Shown: in pieces, positions 47,333 through 59,779 of the stretch
Numbering within the stretch: the stretch's first letter is position 1
How the letters are laid out: every line of letters begins with the position of its first letter
Source: Octopus vulgaris
Taxonomy: Eukaryota
DNA: 64,000 bases
NCBI GenBank assembly: GCA_951406725.2
Contig: OX597833.1
Span: forward strand, 20,336,001 to 20,400,000
Direction of reading: 5' to 3'
Notes under the pieces: generated by a model
The model's input: the letters and a program-made list of their open reading frames with translations, nothing else
What the model was told of the DNA's origin: nothing
Database searches by the model: none
Program-made: the position numbers and the translations under genes

Positions 47333-48649
47333 TTAAATGCTAAAGATTTGAAGAGTATCTTCTCATTTTATGGCTTAAGCAAAGAAATGCGAGCAGTTCT
47401 TTGTGGTGACTTGGTGGAGAAAGGGCGACAGAAATGGTGAAATTTGTTCTGAATGCTTGCAAACCGAGTGGATTCTGTTAAAATGTACCCAAAGTTTTGA
47501 TGTTGGTGGTGACGATGGAGTCAAACTGGGCAACATATTAAATATACTGCCTCAAAATTCTATCAACTGGGAATGTCTCCATTACTTGGACATTTTCGTT
47601 GAAAGACTTACAGGGAACTCTTCAAATGCTCAATGGGTGACTTCTCGGGAAGCATTCAACTGTTAGTTGATCTATAGGCAACTCTTTGTTATGTGATGAG
47701 GACCTGCTGAGGGTTCTTGAAATTTTGTCATGACCCAATGACGGTGTACCTATTAGATATTTAAACATTTTTTGTTTTGTTTCAAATCTTTTGTTGACCT
47801 TCCAAAAGTGTTTATTTATTTATATTTTTCACTCAAAGGAAGAATTCTGTTTCATTATTTTAAAAGATCTACCAAGCACATTCTTTCATTGTTTTTTTAT
47901 ACACATATTATATATTTTTTTTTATTTCATGATCTTTCCAGGGGTCTGTTTAAAAGTGTTGTTCCATGACCTGGAAGTTTCATAAGCATAAACTCCTCAA
48001 AAAACTCACCCCAAATCCCCATTTTTTAAAAAGAAAAAATTAAGAAGACAAAAACGAAATATTGGAGTACTAAAAAATTTTTTGTTTTTTGTTATTTTTT
48101 GTTCTGTTTTGTTATATAAAGGTTTAAATTTAATTTCACAATCATTTGAATTCTAAAAAAGAAAAATTATTAAAAAACCCCTAAAATTTGGGGGATTAAA
48201 AGGTAACCAAAATAAACAAACAATGGTATAGGTAAAATATTTTGTTAATAAATAAATTTTACAAAGTCATTAAATATGTTGCTTAAATTATTTCATTAAA
48301 TGTATATTTTAATGTGTTCGAATCTCAGATCAGGCAATGTGTGTGTTTATGAGCGAAACACCTAAGCTCCATGCGTCTCTGGCAGAAGGTAATGGTGAAC
48401 TTCTGCTGACTCTTTCGCCACAACTTTCTCTCTTTCCTCCTGCATCTTGCAGCTCACCTGCGATGGACCGGCATCCTGTCCAGGTGGGGAACCTATACGC
48501 CAAGGAAGCTAGGATACCGGCCACTAGGAGCCAGGCATGGCTTGAGAAGGAACAAACATATTTTAATGTATGTTTGTGTAGATTTTTAGTGTATGTTTAT
48601 GTTGCATTGGGCTGATCAACAGTGTGTGAGTAAAATTCAGTGGTCACTA

Positions 48650-49118
48650 CAAGGTCCAGCCCTTGTTGCTGTGTGGTGGCTTATGTGCCTTAATGACCTT
48701 GACAGCTATACCATTAGAGTGTGAGCTCCTGACAGGGCTCCTCACACTGGACAGGTCAAAGGATAGAGGCCAGACTGATATGGGCCACCTCTTCCCAGAG
48801 GTAAAAATGGGTTTGTGTAGGGCCAACACCCCTGCCTAGAAAAAAATCACAGTTAAAGAAGTATTGATGTCAATCCAAAATCAACAAGACTGGCAGAGGA
48901 AGGCCTTCTTTTAGGGAAACCCCTAAGATGGAACCAACAAAGGAGGGAAGAGAGGATGCTCTAAAAATAATTGAAGGTGTGATACTGAGGTAGAGCTGAA
49001 AAAGCAGGGGTCCAACTGGAGAGAAGCAGAAAAGACAGCCCAGAGTTAAGATCAAGGCTGTTCGAGGTTGTTGATGGCTTCTAGTCCATACAGAGGGAAG
49101 GCATTAAGTAAGTAAAGT
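48650..49118 (+). mobile_element. Short RTE-derived non-autonomous element (5' UTR-like head fused to 3' tail)
   Basis: Head motifs TGCCTTAATGACC..AGCTAT, GGACAGGTC.AAGG.TAGAGGCCAGAC, GGGCCAACACCCC and a GTTGATGGC...TAAGTAAGTAA tail resemble RTE ends; no ORF. Confidence 0.5.
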
Positions 49119-50164
49119 GAAAACTTTGGTGGACATGAATCAAGTAGATACCTATTGTGTATATATAACCCCCACTGCTTTGTGAGTGCCCTGGGAAAGG
49201 AAAAAGGCTAGGAGAGTCAATCTTAACTGAAAACGGAGTGGTGTCCCACAGGCAGTCCAGTGTCCTCTTTGATGCTCTTCTGGCAACTCCAGGGGAGGTG
49301 GAGCTCTTAGGCCCTGTAAGACAATTCACATAGGAAAAGGTTACTACACTGTAAAGTGTTGTGGAAGGACTCCGACCACCTCCATGTGACTAAAAGTGAA
49401 CTGACACATTACTATAAAATAAAGAATTGTGAGCAATTAATGAGAGCAAGCAGTTCACTGTGAGTCATTGGCAGAGAGTATTTAACCTTGTGTAACAGTA
49501 ATCGTAGTGTAGGAGTGGTTGTGTGGTAACTAGCTTGCTTACGAACCACATGGTTCCGGGTTCAGTCCCACTGCGTGGCACCTTGGGCAAGTGTCTTCTA
49601 CTATACCCTTGTGAGTAGATTTGGTAGATGGGAACTGAAAGAAACCCGTCGTATATATGTATATATAAATGTGTGTGTGTGTGTGTGTATATGTTTGTCC
49701 CCCCCCCCCCAACATCGCTTGACAACCGATGCTGGTGTGTTTACGTCCCCGTAACTTAGTGGTTCGGCAAAAGAAGACCGATAGAATAAGTACTGGGCTT
49801 CCAAAGAATAAGTCCTGGTGTCGATTTGCTCGACTAAAGGCGGTGCTCCAGCATGGCCACAGTCAAATGACTGAAGCGAGTGAAAGAGTATCGTGTGAAT
49901 ATTTCTTCCCCCTACTTCGTTAAATTACATATCCAACACTAGGATATAAAATAAAGCCTACAACTTGCTGGTCACTGTAGCTGCCTTTGCCTCTGTGATC
50001 GGACATCCAGATCTAAAGAGCGGGATCAGATTGCATAGTCTGACTCTCAATTCAAAACTACTAAGCACAGACAGGAAGTGGCATGGGCCACTTGAGAGTG
50101 TGCCACTCTTCCTCATGACCTTCAGATATGAAGAAACTGCCACCATTTATACATACATACATGG

Positions 50165-50549
50165 GATGGAAGCACTCCGTCGGTTACGACGACGAGGGTT
50201 CCGGTTGATCCGAATCAACGGAACAGCCTGCTCGTGAAATTAACGTGTAAGTGGCTGAGCACTCCACAGACACGTGTACCCTTAACGTAATTCTCGGGGA
50301 TATTCAGCGTGACACAGAGAGTGACAAGGCCGGCCCTTTGAAATACAGGTACAACAGAAACAGGAAGTAATAGTGAGAGAAAGTTGTGGTGAAAGAGTAC
50401 AGCAGGGATCACCACCATCCCCTGCCGGAGCCTCGTGGAGCTTTAGGTGTTTTCGCTCAATAAACACTCACAACGCCCGGTCTGGGAATCGAAACCGCGA
50501 TCCTATGACCGCGAGTCCGCTGCCCTAACCACTGGGCCATTGCGCCTCC
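50165..50549 (-). mobile_element. tRNA-derived SINE family D (GGAGGCGCAATGGCCCAGTGGTTAGG head)
   Basis: A box TGGCCCAGTGG, B box GGTTTCGATTCCC, inserted in an (ACAT)n tract. Confidence 0.75.
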
Positions 50550-50679
50550 ACATACATACATACATACATGGTGGCTGCCCCCTCGTTATCGAAGCTTAAT
50601 CAATGTTGTTATCGTGTCATGCCTGTGCAAGAAGATTTTTTTTAAAGTGAGGAAAGGCTGTGCACTGAGTCAATCCCAC

Positions 50680-51079
50680 TCACTAAACAACAGCAGCCAT
50701 AATCCCAAAAGAAGAACAAGTCAACATCATCGGTAACCACAGAGCAGCAGGTTTTATGTCGGAGTTATCCCAGTTACCTGATTTACCTTCTCCTAGAAGG
50801 ATACCTTGACAAAGGCTAGGAGTCCTCCACTCCCATTGGTTTAACCGCTCGATCGGGTATTCAGTCCGATTATTTCTATGTCCCCGCGCATGATACAGCC
50901 TCAAGACATTTATTGGATGGCCGTTGACTCTCAAGAGTTCCTCCGCCCTTTGACGGGTTTTGCTTTTCATCCCGCAGGGTGTCCAATAAACACCCTCCTC
51001 ACCAAGCAAGCTTGGTGGGGTTGCCGGTTTAGTCGCCAACGACCCGACCATGCAACAGGTTGTACTGGGATACATGTTA

Positions 51080-51080
<1 letters not shown>
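50680..51080 (-). mobile_element. Probable RTE LINE 5' UTR fragment
   Basis: GC-richer segment with TCTAGGAGAAGGTAAA...AAACCTG motif typical of RTE 5' UTRs, abutting (CA)n. Confidence 0.45.
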
Positions 51081-51156
<76 letters not shown>

Positions 51157-51249
51157 TACATACATACATACATACATACATACATACATACATACATACA
51201 TACATACATACATACATACATACATACATACATACATACATACATACAT
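51081..51249. repeat. (CA)n + (TACA)n microsatellite
   Basis: direct reading. Confidence 0.95.
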
Positions 51250-53623
51250 GTGTGATATTTAAAGCAATTCTAAGGCGGCAATTCGTTACGGTGCCGGAAA
51301 AATGCTTAGCGATGTTTCCTCCTACTTTACGTCCTGAGTTCAAATACCGGCGGGATCGACTTTGCCTTTCAGCCTTTTGGGTTAAATAGAGGAAGAACCA
51401 GCTGAACACTGGGGTCAATGTAATCAACTTACTCCATCCCTTGGAATTTCTGGCCTTGTGCCAAAATTAGAAGTTAATATTTAGAGCAATCTAGCAGTTC
51501 ATTACAAAATATTATAAAAGTACCTTAGTTATAACAGTAAACATTATAGTATATAAAAATAGAAGAGACCATCTGGATTAAGATCAATCTCTAGGAGAGC
51601 GTGAGGGACAAAATTATCATATGAGGTGCACAAATTCGCATATTGAGTTGGGGTGATATTTTGAGAAAAAGTGCATTATATGCTGTCACATGTCATTCAT
51701 TTGGATCAAATGTAACCTACAATTAGGGAACGTCAGGGACAAAATTAGCTTATGGGGATTTCAACTACGCACGGGTCAATTTTTAAGATTTTTTTTTGAA
51801 AAATTAGCGCGTCTTATATGCCATCAAATACGTTCTTCGGGTGGTTTTCTGCTAGTCGTTGAAGGTAATTTTTCTGATATGCTTCGCATAATTTTCCTTT
51901 GTATCTTTTATTTGTCTGACAATACTCATTCGATCAGTAAATAATTTTAGGGCCTAACTACAGAAGTGGGATTTTCTGACTTTGCTTTTTCGTAACTTTC
52001 TGCAAAATGAATGTTTATTAATGAAATTGTCTACATGTACGTTTCAGAGAGTGTAGATTGTGATTATATTGGAATTTGTCGTGAACGCTTTTTTTTCGGT
52101 GGGGAAGAGGGTGGAGGAGAGGAGTTTCGGGTAATTCTGAGACCTCAATTAGTTTTGCAACTGAAGCGTGTAATTGAAATTTTCAATCTTAAAAGGAAAT
52201 ATAAAACTACACTTCGATAAAAATATATTAAAATTGGAATTCAAAAGAATTTTCTAGAAGACTTTAATAATTGTTTTCTTTTCGTGAAAGTTATATACTC
52301 CCAACCGATCAATAAGCAGCCATCTTTATTGTAACATAGAGAGTAGGCATTTATTAGTTGTCATCTAAATTACAGTTCCATTTTGTTAGCTCATTATTCT
52401 AGTTAAGTCAAAAAATCTTAAAAGATTTCTGAGACTAGTTTTAAATAAAACTCTGGATATATCGTTTCTCTGTACAAATAAAGTTTTCAGACATTTCAAA
52501 GTTTTCAAATAAAGTTTTAAAGTTTTCAGACATGTAAACACACTTGCACAAATAAAATTCAACTATAATTTCCGTCTTGGCGATCTGCTTAAAATTCTGT
52601 TGATTCTACGTGTTATCGACATATCTTGTTTGAGCAAAATACTCATGTATTCTAGTCCAAAGACTTTGCACATTCTTACTTCTTTAAAACGACAAGAAAA
52701 AGACAACACTAAAATTGTCAAGAAACTTATTGGTTTCAATTTTCGGTACAAGGCCAACAAGTTTGAGGGAGGGTAAAACTGGTACTTATTTTATCGACCC
52801 CGAAAGGATGAAAGGCACAGTGAACCTTGGCGGGATTTGAACGCAGAACGTAAAGACGGACGAAATGCCGCTAAACATTTTATACCGCGTGCTTACAATT
52901 CTACCAACTCTTCACCTTAAAGTTTTAAATAAACTTAATATAATACATATAGTATTAAAAAAATTTCAAAAAAATTACCTGGGTCTTACGTGCAAATTTG
53001 GGCCTCTCATTAGCTTTGTCCTTGTTGTTCACTACTAAAGGCTATTCCACCCAGACAGTCTCTTTTACGTAGTATGATCCTATAATAATCCTTTCTACTA
53101 TAGGCACAAGGCCTGAAATTTTGGGGAGGTGGCTAGTTGATTACATCGACCCCAGTGCTCAACTGGCACTTGTTTTATCTCCCCCGAGAGGATGAAGGGA
53201 AAAGTCGAGCTCGGCGGAATTTGAACTCAGAACGTAAAGACGGGCGAAATACTGCTAAGCATTTTGTCCGGTGTACTAACGATTCTTATTTCTTGATTGC
53301 CCACAAGGGGCTAAATATGGAGGTGACAAACAAAGAGATTAAGTCGATTACATCGACGCCAGTGCGTAACTGGTACTTAAATTATCGACCCCGAAAGGAT
53401 GAAAGGTAAAGTCGACCTCGGCGGAATTTGAACTCAGAACGTAACAGCAGACGAAATACGGCTACGCATTTCGCCCGGCATGCTAACGTTTCTGCCAGCT
53501 CGCCGTCTTAAAAATAAAGTCAGCCACGGCGAAATTTGAACTCAGAGCATAAAGATGCACAAAATGCTGCGATGCATTTTACCCGGTGTGCTAACGGTTC
53601 TGTCAGCTCAGCATCTTAGCATA

Positions 53624-54019
53624 TCTTTATATATAAAAGTCAAGTTGTGTGTCTGTCTCCTACGATTTAGATTCCTAACTACTCCCACATTTTGCTGTGC
53701 AGTTTAACCAAAACCGGGTATCTTATAGTCGTGATTCATATCGAGCCCTTCTGGGTATTAGCGCGCGTCTACGATGAGTCTACGATTAAAAAAAAAAATT
53801 ACCATCATTTTTTTCCATTTTGATGCATTTTTTCGCTATTATATAAGGGAAGTAACTCTCTAAAAATGTCTACGATGAGTCAACGATTTAAAAAAAAATT
53901 TACCATAATTTTTTTTCCATTTTTAATGCATTTTTTGCTATTTTTGGCTATAACTCTCTAAAAATGCTTAAATAGTTATTTCCCTTACAAACCCGAGCAA
54001 CGCCGGGCGATACTGCTAG
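53624..54019 (+). mobile_element. Non-autonomous Helitron
   Basis: A|TC start, 3' hairpin CCCGAGCAACGCCGGG followed by CTAG|T end, no TSD, internal direct repeat of about 100 bp. Confidence 0.75.
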
Positions 54020-54044
54020 TTTTTTTATATATTGTTATACTTTC

Positions 54045-55238
54045 TGCTGTCAGATAAACTGTTGACAAGTCCGTTAAAGTCTTTACGCAAATTGTCACAA
54101 GAAACGGAAATCAGCCTAGGAAGTGCTCACACGGAAGTAAAAAAGAAATTAAATTTCTTTCCATGCAAAGTGCTGGCCATTCAAGAATTGAAGACTACGG
54201 ATCATGCTAAAAGGCTTCATTATTGTTATTGGTTCCAAAACGTTGTTGCCGAAAATGGCATAGAAGTGCTGGATGGGTGTTTTTACACTGACGAGGCTTG
54301 GTTCCATCTGTCGGGACCCATAAATTCGCAAAGCACAAGGTTATGGAGCACTGAGAATCCACACGCGTCGCATGAGTAACATCTGCATTCCGAAAGAGTT
54401 GGAGTATGGATAGCAATTTCGAGAAAGCGTATTGTGGGACCGATATTTTTTGAAGACACCATCAACACCAAGAGATATTGCTCAAATATTGTTTATCCAT
54501 TTGTAGGCCAGCTCACTGAAAGTGAAATTAATAAGGCAAACTTTCAGCAAGGTAGATCTACAGCACATACTTCGCGCATTATAATTGGCGCTACTTTAAG
54601 AGTTTTTCGGTGAACGGATTATTTCGAAGGGATTTTGGCCACCAAGATCAACTGATTTAACACCACCAGATTTTTTTTTACTGGGGAGCAAGTAAAGGAT
54701 CAATGTACAAGAATCCGTTTCTTTATTACCCACAAAGGGCTAAACATAGAGGGGACAAACAAGGTCAGACAAACGGATTAAGTCGATTACATCGACCCCA
54801 GTGCGTAACTGTTACTTAATTTATCGACCCCGAATGGATGAAAGGCAAAGTCGACCTCGGCGGAATTTGAACTCCGAACGTAGCGACGGGCGAAATACCG
54901 CGAAGCACTTCGCCCGGCATGCTAACGTCTCTGCCAGCTCGCCGCCTTTAAAGGATCAATGTACAAGAATCGCCCGCAAACCATTAAGGAGCTAAAAGAA
55001 TCGATCATAACTTTCACACGGTCCATACCACGCCAGACTCTCCAGTATGCATTTTAAAACATGTGTAGAAGAGTCAACTTATGTATTGAAAATGAAGGAC
55101 GACACTTTCAACACCTCTTATAAAGTTTATTTAGTCTTGTAAAGTCTAATATATTCTTTTGTAGTCTTATACCATCTTATAAATATTTATTTTGCAATAA
55201 AATACATACTGCGGAGAGACTTTCTGAACACCCTGTAT
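54045..55238 (+). mobile_element. Decayed Tc1/mariner-superfamily transposon (5' part missing)
   Basis: SPLKSLRKLS, FYTDEAWFHLSG..NSQSTRLWSTENPH, VGVWIAIS...IVGPIFF, FQQG..TAH, WPPRSTDLTPPDFF. Right end reads ACTTTCTGAACACCCTG-TA. Interrupted by a SINE. Confidence 0.85.
54716..54948 (-). mobile_element. SINE family A copy in transposase relic
   Basis: 23-bp TSD TAAAGGATCAATGTACAAGAATC. Confidence 0.87.
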
Positions 55239-56060
55239 ATACGCCGAGCTTCTTTCAGTTTCTGTCTATCAAATCCACTCACAAGTGGTCGGCCCGAGTC
55301 TATAGTAAAAGACACTTGTCGAAGGTTCCACGCAGTGGGATTGAACCCGGAGCCATTTGGTCGGGAAGCAAGCAACGCCTGCGTCGATATAATGAAATAA
55401 AAAAAAGGGGGGAAAAAAAAAGAAAAAAAGACGTCATAGCATTTCACTTCAAAGCAGAAACTTCCTATTCCTTCTCGGCCGCCCATTCAACCATCTAAAA
55501 CCTGTTATTCATTTCTATAGCAGCGCTCACAATTAGTGGCTGTCTTGTGTTAAATTACTGCTTTGTGAATCAGTGATTTTCTACGTTTATTTTTAATTAA
55601 TCAATTATCATTATTTTGCTTTTGTTGTCATTATTTGTTTCAGTTACAAGACCTGCAAGGGGTCCTTGACGCTCTGTTGCCAATTCTAGTCTAGGACGTC
55701 CGGCTTTGTTTTATACACGTTGTAAATTTGCTGTAATTTTCTGCCGGAAATAAATGAATTGAATTTGAGGAACACATAACACGTGTATGCTAACACAAAT
55801 GACAAACAATATGTGAAGGCTGTCACTCTTTCATCTTCCTGTATTCCGCACTTTATTTGGTTTTGTACAAATACAAAAAATATAAAAATAAACAAGGCAC
55901 CCTTCCCTTCCTTTAAATTAATTACATCAGCACGTGAATCAAAAGACCTTTGTGTCAAATCATCATCTCCCTGTTCAAACACACACACATACACACACAC
56001 ACACAAACGCAGGCGCGCACACACGCTTGCACGCACGTAAACAAAACACTGTCACATCAG

Positions 56061-56327
56061 TTAAAATTTACTGTTTGTTGTAGCTATGGAGTTCGGCAGG
56101 TCGGTGACATTTTGACGAGTGTCACCTTCAAAAGCCTCGTTCTCAACCCCATCAACTTCAGTGAACATTTCTCTCCTTTGAACTTCGTCTACGTTTTCCG
56201 CAGTTGTCTCCTGGCCTCCTCTGCTCCCGGAGTCGTCATCGTCGGCTTCCTCCGCATACTTGCCCGTGCGGTTTTCTGGCTCGGATGGCCCCCAGTTTGA
56301 CAGGGGTTTTAAAGACTTCACCATCAC
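56061..56327 (-). CDS. SLC6 family transporter, last exon (cytoplasmic C-tail); upstream exons lie beyond the window
   Basis: atccag acceptor, phase 0 matching the previous exon. KPLSNWGPSEPENRTGKY resembles the PxxxWGP...HRxGRY tail motif of GlyT/PROT/ATB0,+ type SLC6. Ends NSKF*. Confidence 0.82.
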   Translation of the reverse strand: MMVKSLKPLSNWGPSEPENRTGKYAEEADDDDSGSRGGQETTAENVDEVQRREMFTEVDGVENEAFEGDTRQNVTDLPNSIATTNSKF

Positions 56328-56818
56328 CTGGATACGATTAAAATAAATATATAAGTGACTTGTTTTGAGCCGAAAACTGAAGCAATTACATTATGGACAA
56401 GCTGTTTCAGTCGCCTAAAACGCACACAACCTAAAATGCCTATCAAATGAAATAATAATAATATGGTCAGTAATTCAGGGGGTGGGCGCAAGTCGATTAC
56501 ACCGACCCTAGTCGACCCCGAAAGGATGAAAGGCAAAGGTGACCTCGGTGGAATTTCAACTCAGGACGGACGAATTGCCGCTGAATATTTTACTCGGCGT
56601 GCTAACTATTCCGCCAGGTCGCCGCCTTATGGGTTCAAATTTTGGCCCAAGGCCAGCAATTTCGGGGGAGGGGGCAAGTCAGTTACATCTACCCCACTAC
56701 TGAACTGGTACTTATTTTATCGACACCGGAAGGACGAAAGGCAAAGTCGACTCCGGCGAAATTTGAACTCAGAACATAGACAGACGAAATGCCGCCAACG
56801 ATTCTGCCCAACGCCTTC

Positions 56819-56819
<1 letters not shown>

Positions 56820-56909
<90 letters not shown>

Positions 56910-56974
56910 CGACGACGACGACGACGACGATGACGATGATGACGATGATGACGATGACGATGATGATGACGACG

Positions 56975-57006
<32 letters not shown>

Positions 57007-57100
57007 GATGATGATAATGATGATGACGACGACGGCGATGACGACGACGGCGACGATGATGATGATAATAATAATAATGATAATAATAATAATAATAATG

Positions 57101-57131
<31 letters not shown>

Positions 57132-57153
57132 CAATAACAATAACAATAATAAT
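56820..57153. repeat. Compound AAT/GAT/GAC trinucleotide tract
   Basis: direct reading. Confidence 0.95.
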
Positions 57154-57573
57154 CCTTTCTACTGAAGGCACAAAGTCTCAAATTTGGTGGGCAGGGGACT
57201 AGTCGATTACATCGACCCCAGGGTTTCACTGGTACTTAATTTATCGACCCCGAAAGGATGAAAGGCAAAGTTGACCTCGGTAGAATTTGAACTCAGAACG
57301 TAGCGACGGGCGAAATACCGATCGCAAGGTCGTAGTTTCGATTCCCAGAGGGGGCGATGCATTGTGCTCTTGAGCTAAACATTTCGTTTCACGTTGCTCC
57401 AGTCCACTCAGCTGTAAACGAGTAACCCTGCGTGACGTTGTGGCGGACTGGCGTCCCGTTCAGGGAGAATGCTGCGATCTCGATCACTTATACGCCATGG
57501 AAACCGGGTAACCGGCCCCATGAGTATCTAGGACTGGAGACAGTAATGCTCAGGTAATGATGATGATGATGCA

Positions 57574-57734
57574 TAGGAGTGGCTGTGTGGTAAGTAGCTT
57601 GCTTACGAACCACATGGTTCCGGGTTCAGTCCCACTGCGTGGCACCTTGGACAAGTGTCTTCTACTATAGCCTCGGGCCGACCAAAGCCTTGTGAGTGGA
57701 TTTAGTAGACGGAAACTGAAAGAAGCCCGTCGTA

Positions 57735-57822
<88 letters not shown>

Positions 57823-57965
57823 TCCCCCCAACATCGCTTGACAACGCTGCTAAGAATAAGTACTAGGCTTACAAAGAATAAGTCCTAGGGTTGATTTGCT
57901 CGACTAAAGGCGATGCTCCAGCATGGCCACAGTCAAATGACTGAAACAAGTAAAAGAGTAAAAAA
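57574..57965 (+). mobile_element. SINE family B copy
   Basis: Same head, body and GTAAAAGAGTA tail. Confidence 0.8.
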
Positions 57966-58081
57966 GAGAGAGTATGATGATGATGACGATGATGATAATT
58001 CTATTTAGTGTTTAGCATTTTCTACCCTCATATTCCGGGGTCTATATTTTATAATAATATGTATATAATATGTCTACTTAC

Positions 58082-58243
58082 CAGATAACCTCCGCTTTGG
58101 CAATGTTTCACTACGAAGTATACTGGAATAATCACAAGTGGAATGATAACTATCAACCAACCAATAGTTTGTGCCCATCGTGGGTAAACATACGAATGAA
58201 GTGTGACTACTTTGTATTGTATGGCCTTCGATATTATCACCAC
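58082..58243 (-). CDS. SLC6 (sodium:neurotransmitter symporter) family transporter, penultimate exon containing TM12
   Basis: On the - strand: ctccag acceptor, gtaagt donor, 162 nt. Encodes VVIISKAIQYKVVTLHSYVYPRWAQTIGWLIVIIPLVIIPVYFVVK, the YxYPxWAxxIGW...IP signature of SLC6 TM12. Confidence 0.88.
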
Positions 58244-58654
58244 CTGGAGGAAAAACAACAGGGATAACATAATGAACTAACATTCATAATGGTGATGATT
58301 CTTGTTATCCACATAAGTACAAATCTAAGGCAGCGAGCTCAAAAAATTGTTAGAGTGTCGGACAAGAATGCTTAGGGACACATCTTTTGGCTCTTTGCGC
58401 TCTGAGCTTAAATCCCATCGAGGCCAACTTTGTCCAGTCTATATTGTCTGGTCTAAATGAATTATCCAGTCTAAATTGTCCGTTCTAATTCGTCCGGTCT
58501 CTTGTTCCACGTGGAATTCCACAAACAATTGATCTTTCGAAGCTTGGAAAAGCTGCTTTCACAGTCAGTACTACTTACAGGAAGTGTGAGATTGGTGCAT
58601 TTGGGTGATATACCAATAAAATTCCAGTTAAGTGTAAGGATGCATGGTCTAGTG

Positions 58655-58855
58655 CAGTGGTTTTCAACCAGGGTTCCGCCAGTACAGTCCAGGGGTTCCG
58701 CAAGAAGTTACAAAACTGCTAAAATCGGCAGTAATTTTAAAGTCTCCTGTGCAGATATGTGTGCATAAGACTATTAAATTATTGCACAGGGGTTCCTCGA
58801 GCCAGTGGAATGTTTCCTTGGGGTTCCGCTCCAGCAAAAAGTTTGAAAAGCACTG
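58655..58855. mobile_element. hAT (Charlie-like) MITE
   Basis: CAGTGGTTTTCAA...TTGAAAAGCACTG termini, 8-bp TSD GTCTAGTG, GGGTTCC subterminal repeats. A partial copy lies near 21585-21662. Confidence 0.85.
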
Positions 58856-59349
58856 GTCTAGTGATTAGCATGTTGCACACATAATCGTGAGATTGTGGTT
58901 TCAAATCCTGCGTTGTGTTCTTGAGCAAAACACTTTACCTCACGTTGCTCTGCGATCTCTTCGACACCTGACGTGTGGTGTACTGTACACCTGTTCAGGT
59001 AACATCGATTTGATGGAGGAGAGTGAGCTAAAGTGCGAAACATACATTTGATTACTAAAAACAAACCATTTTTTGCAGGTTGTTCAGTAAAAACTTCTAG
59101 AACCGTCTTTCTCGTATTACAGGAAACTACCACCACTGATCAAATACTGGGGTTAGTATAATTACGGTCGTGAATCCTGCAACGACCGGCGTTTCGCCCA
59201 GGGGCAACGTTGTGATGTTGGTCACTTGTACGGCATTGAAAAAGGGTAACAAACATTATGAGTCCTAAGGCTCAAGGAAAAACGAAAATGGGTTCAAAGA
59301 AAGAAATTTGAAGGAAGGAACTGAGAAATTCAGTATTTGACTGATACAT

Positions 59350-59779
59350 GAATGAATTGATCTCTGCAGTATGACAAAGTCGACACAAGAGGGACATAAC
59401 CAAAAATACTTCTAAGTACAATACATGTAAGAAATATATATAAGGGTTTCCAAAATAGGTTTGAGGTCGCGCATCTTTTGGAAGGACGATAAAGTCAGTT
59501 GTACCATCGGCGGTTTTGGACTGGTACATATTTTATCGACCCAGAAGAAGAATAAAAAGAAAAGGAATGAATTGATCTCTGCAGTATGACAAAGTCGACA
59601 CAAGAGGGACATAACCAAAAATACTTCTAAGTACAATACATGTAAGAAATATATATAAGGGTTTCCAAAATAGGTTTGAGGTCGTGCATCTTTTGGAAGG
59701 ACGATAAAGTCAGTTGTACCATCGGCGGTTTTGGACTGGTACATATTTTATCGACCCAGAAGAAGAATAAAAAGAAAAG
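59350..59779. repeat. Tandem duplication, 2 x 215 bp
   Basis: 59350-59564 and 59565-59779 are nearly identical. Confidence 0.92.

Noticed and set aside
47403-47666. ORF with weak Penelope RT-like words (LHYLDIFVER)
   Set aside because: Too degenerate to support without a profile search.
50470-50549. tRNA-like sequence
   Set aside because: It is a SINE head with A/B boxes but no complete cloverleaf, and it continues into the SINE body.
56689-57229. Poly-I/S/H/M ORFs
   Set aside because: Trinucleotide repeat artefacts.
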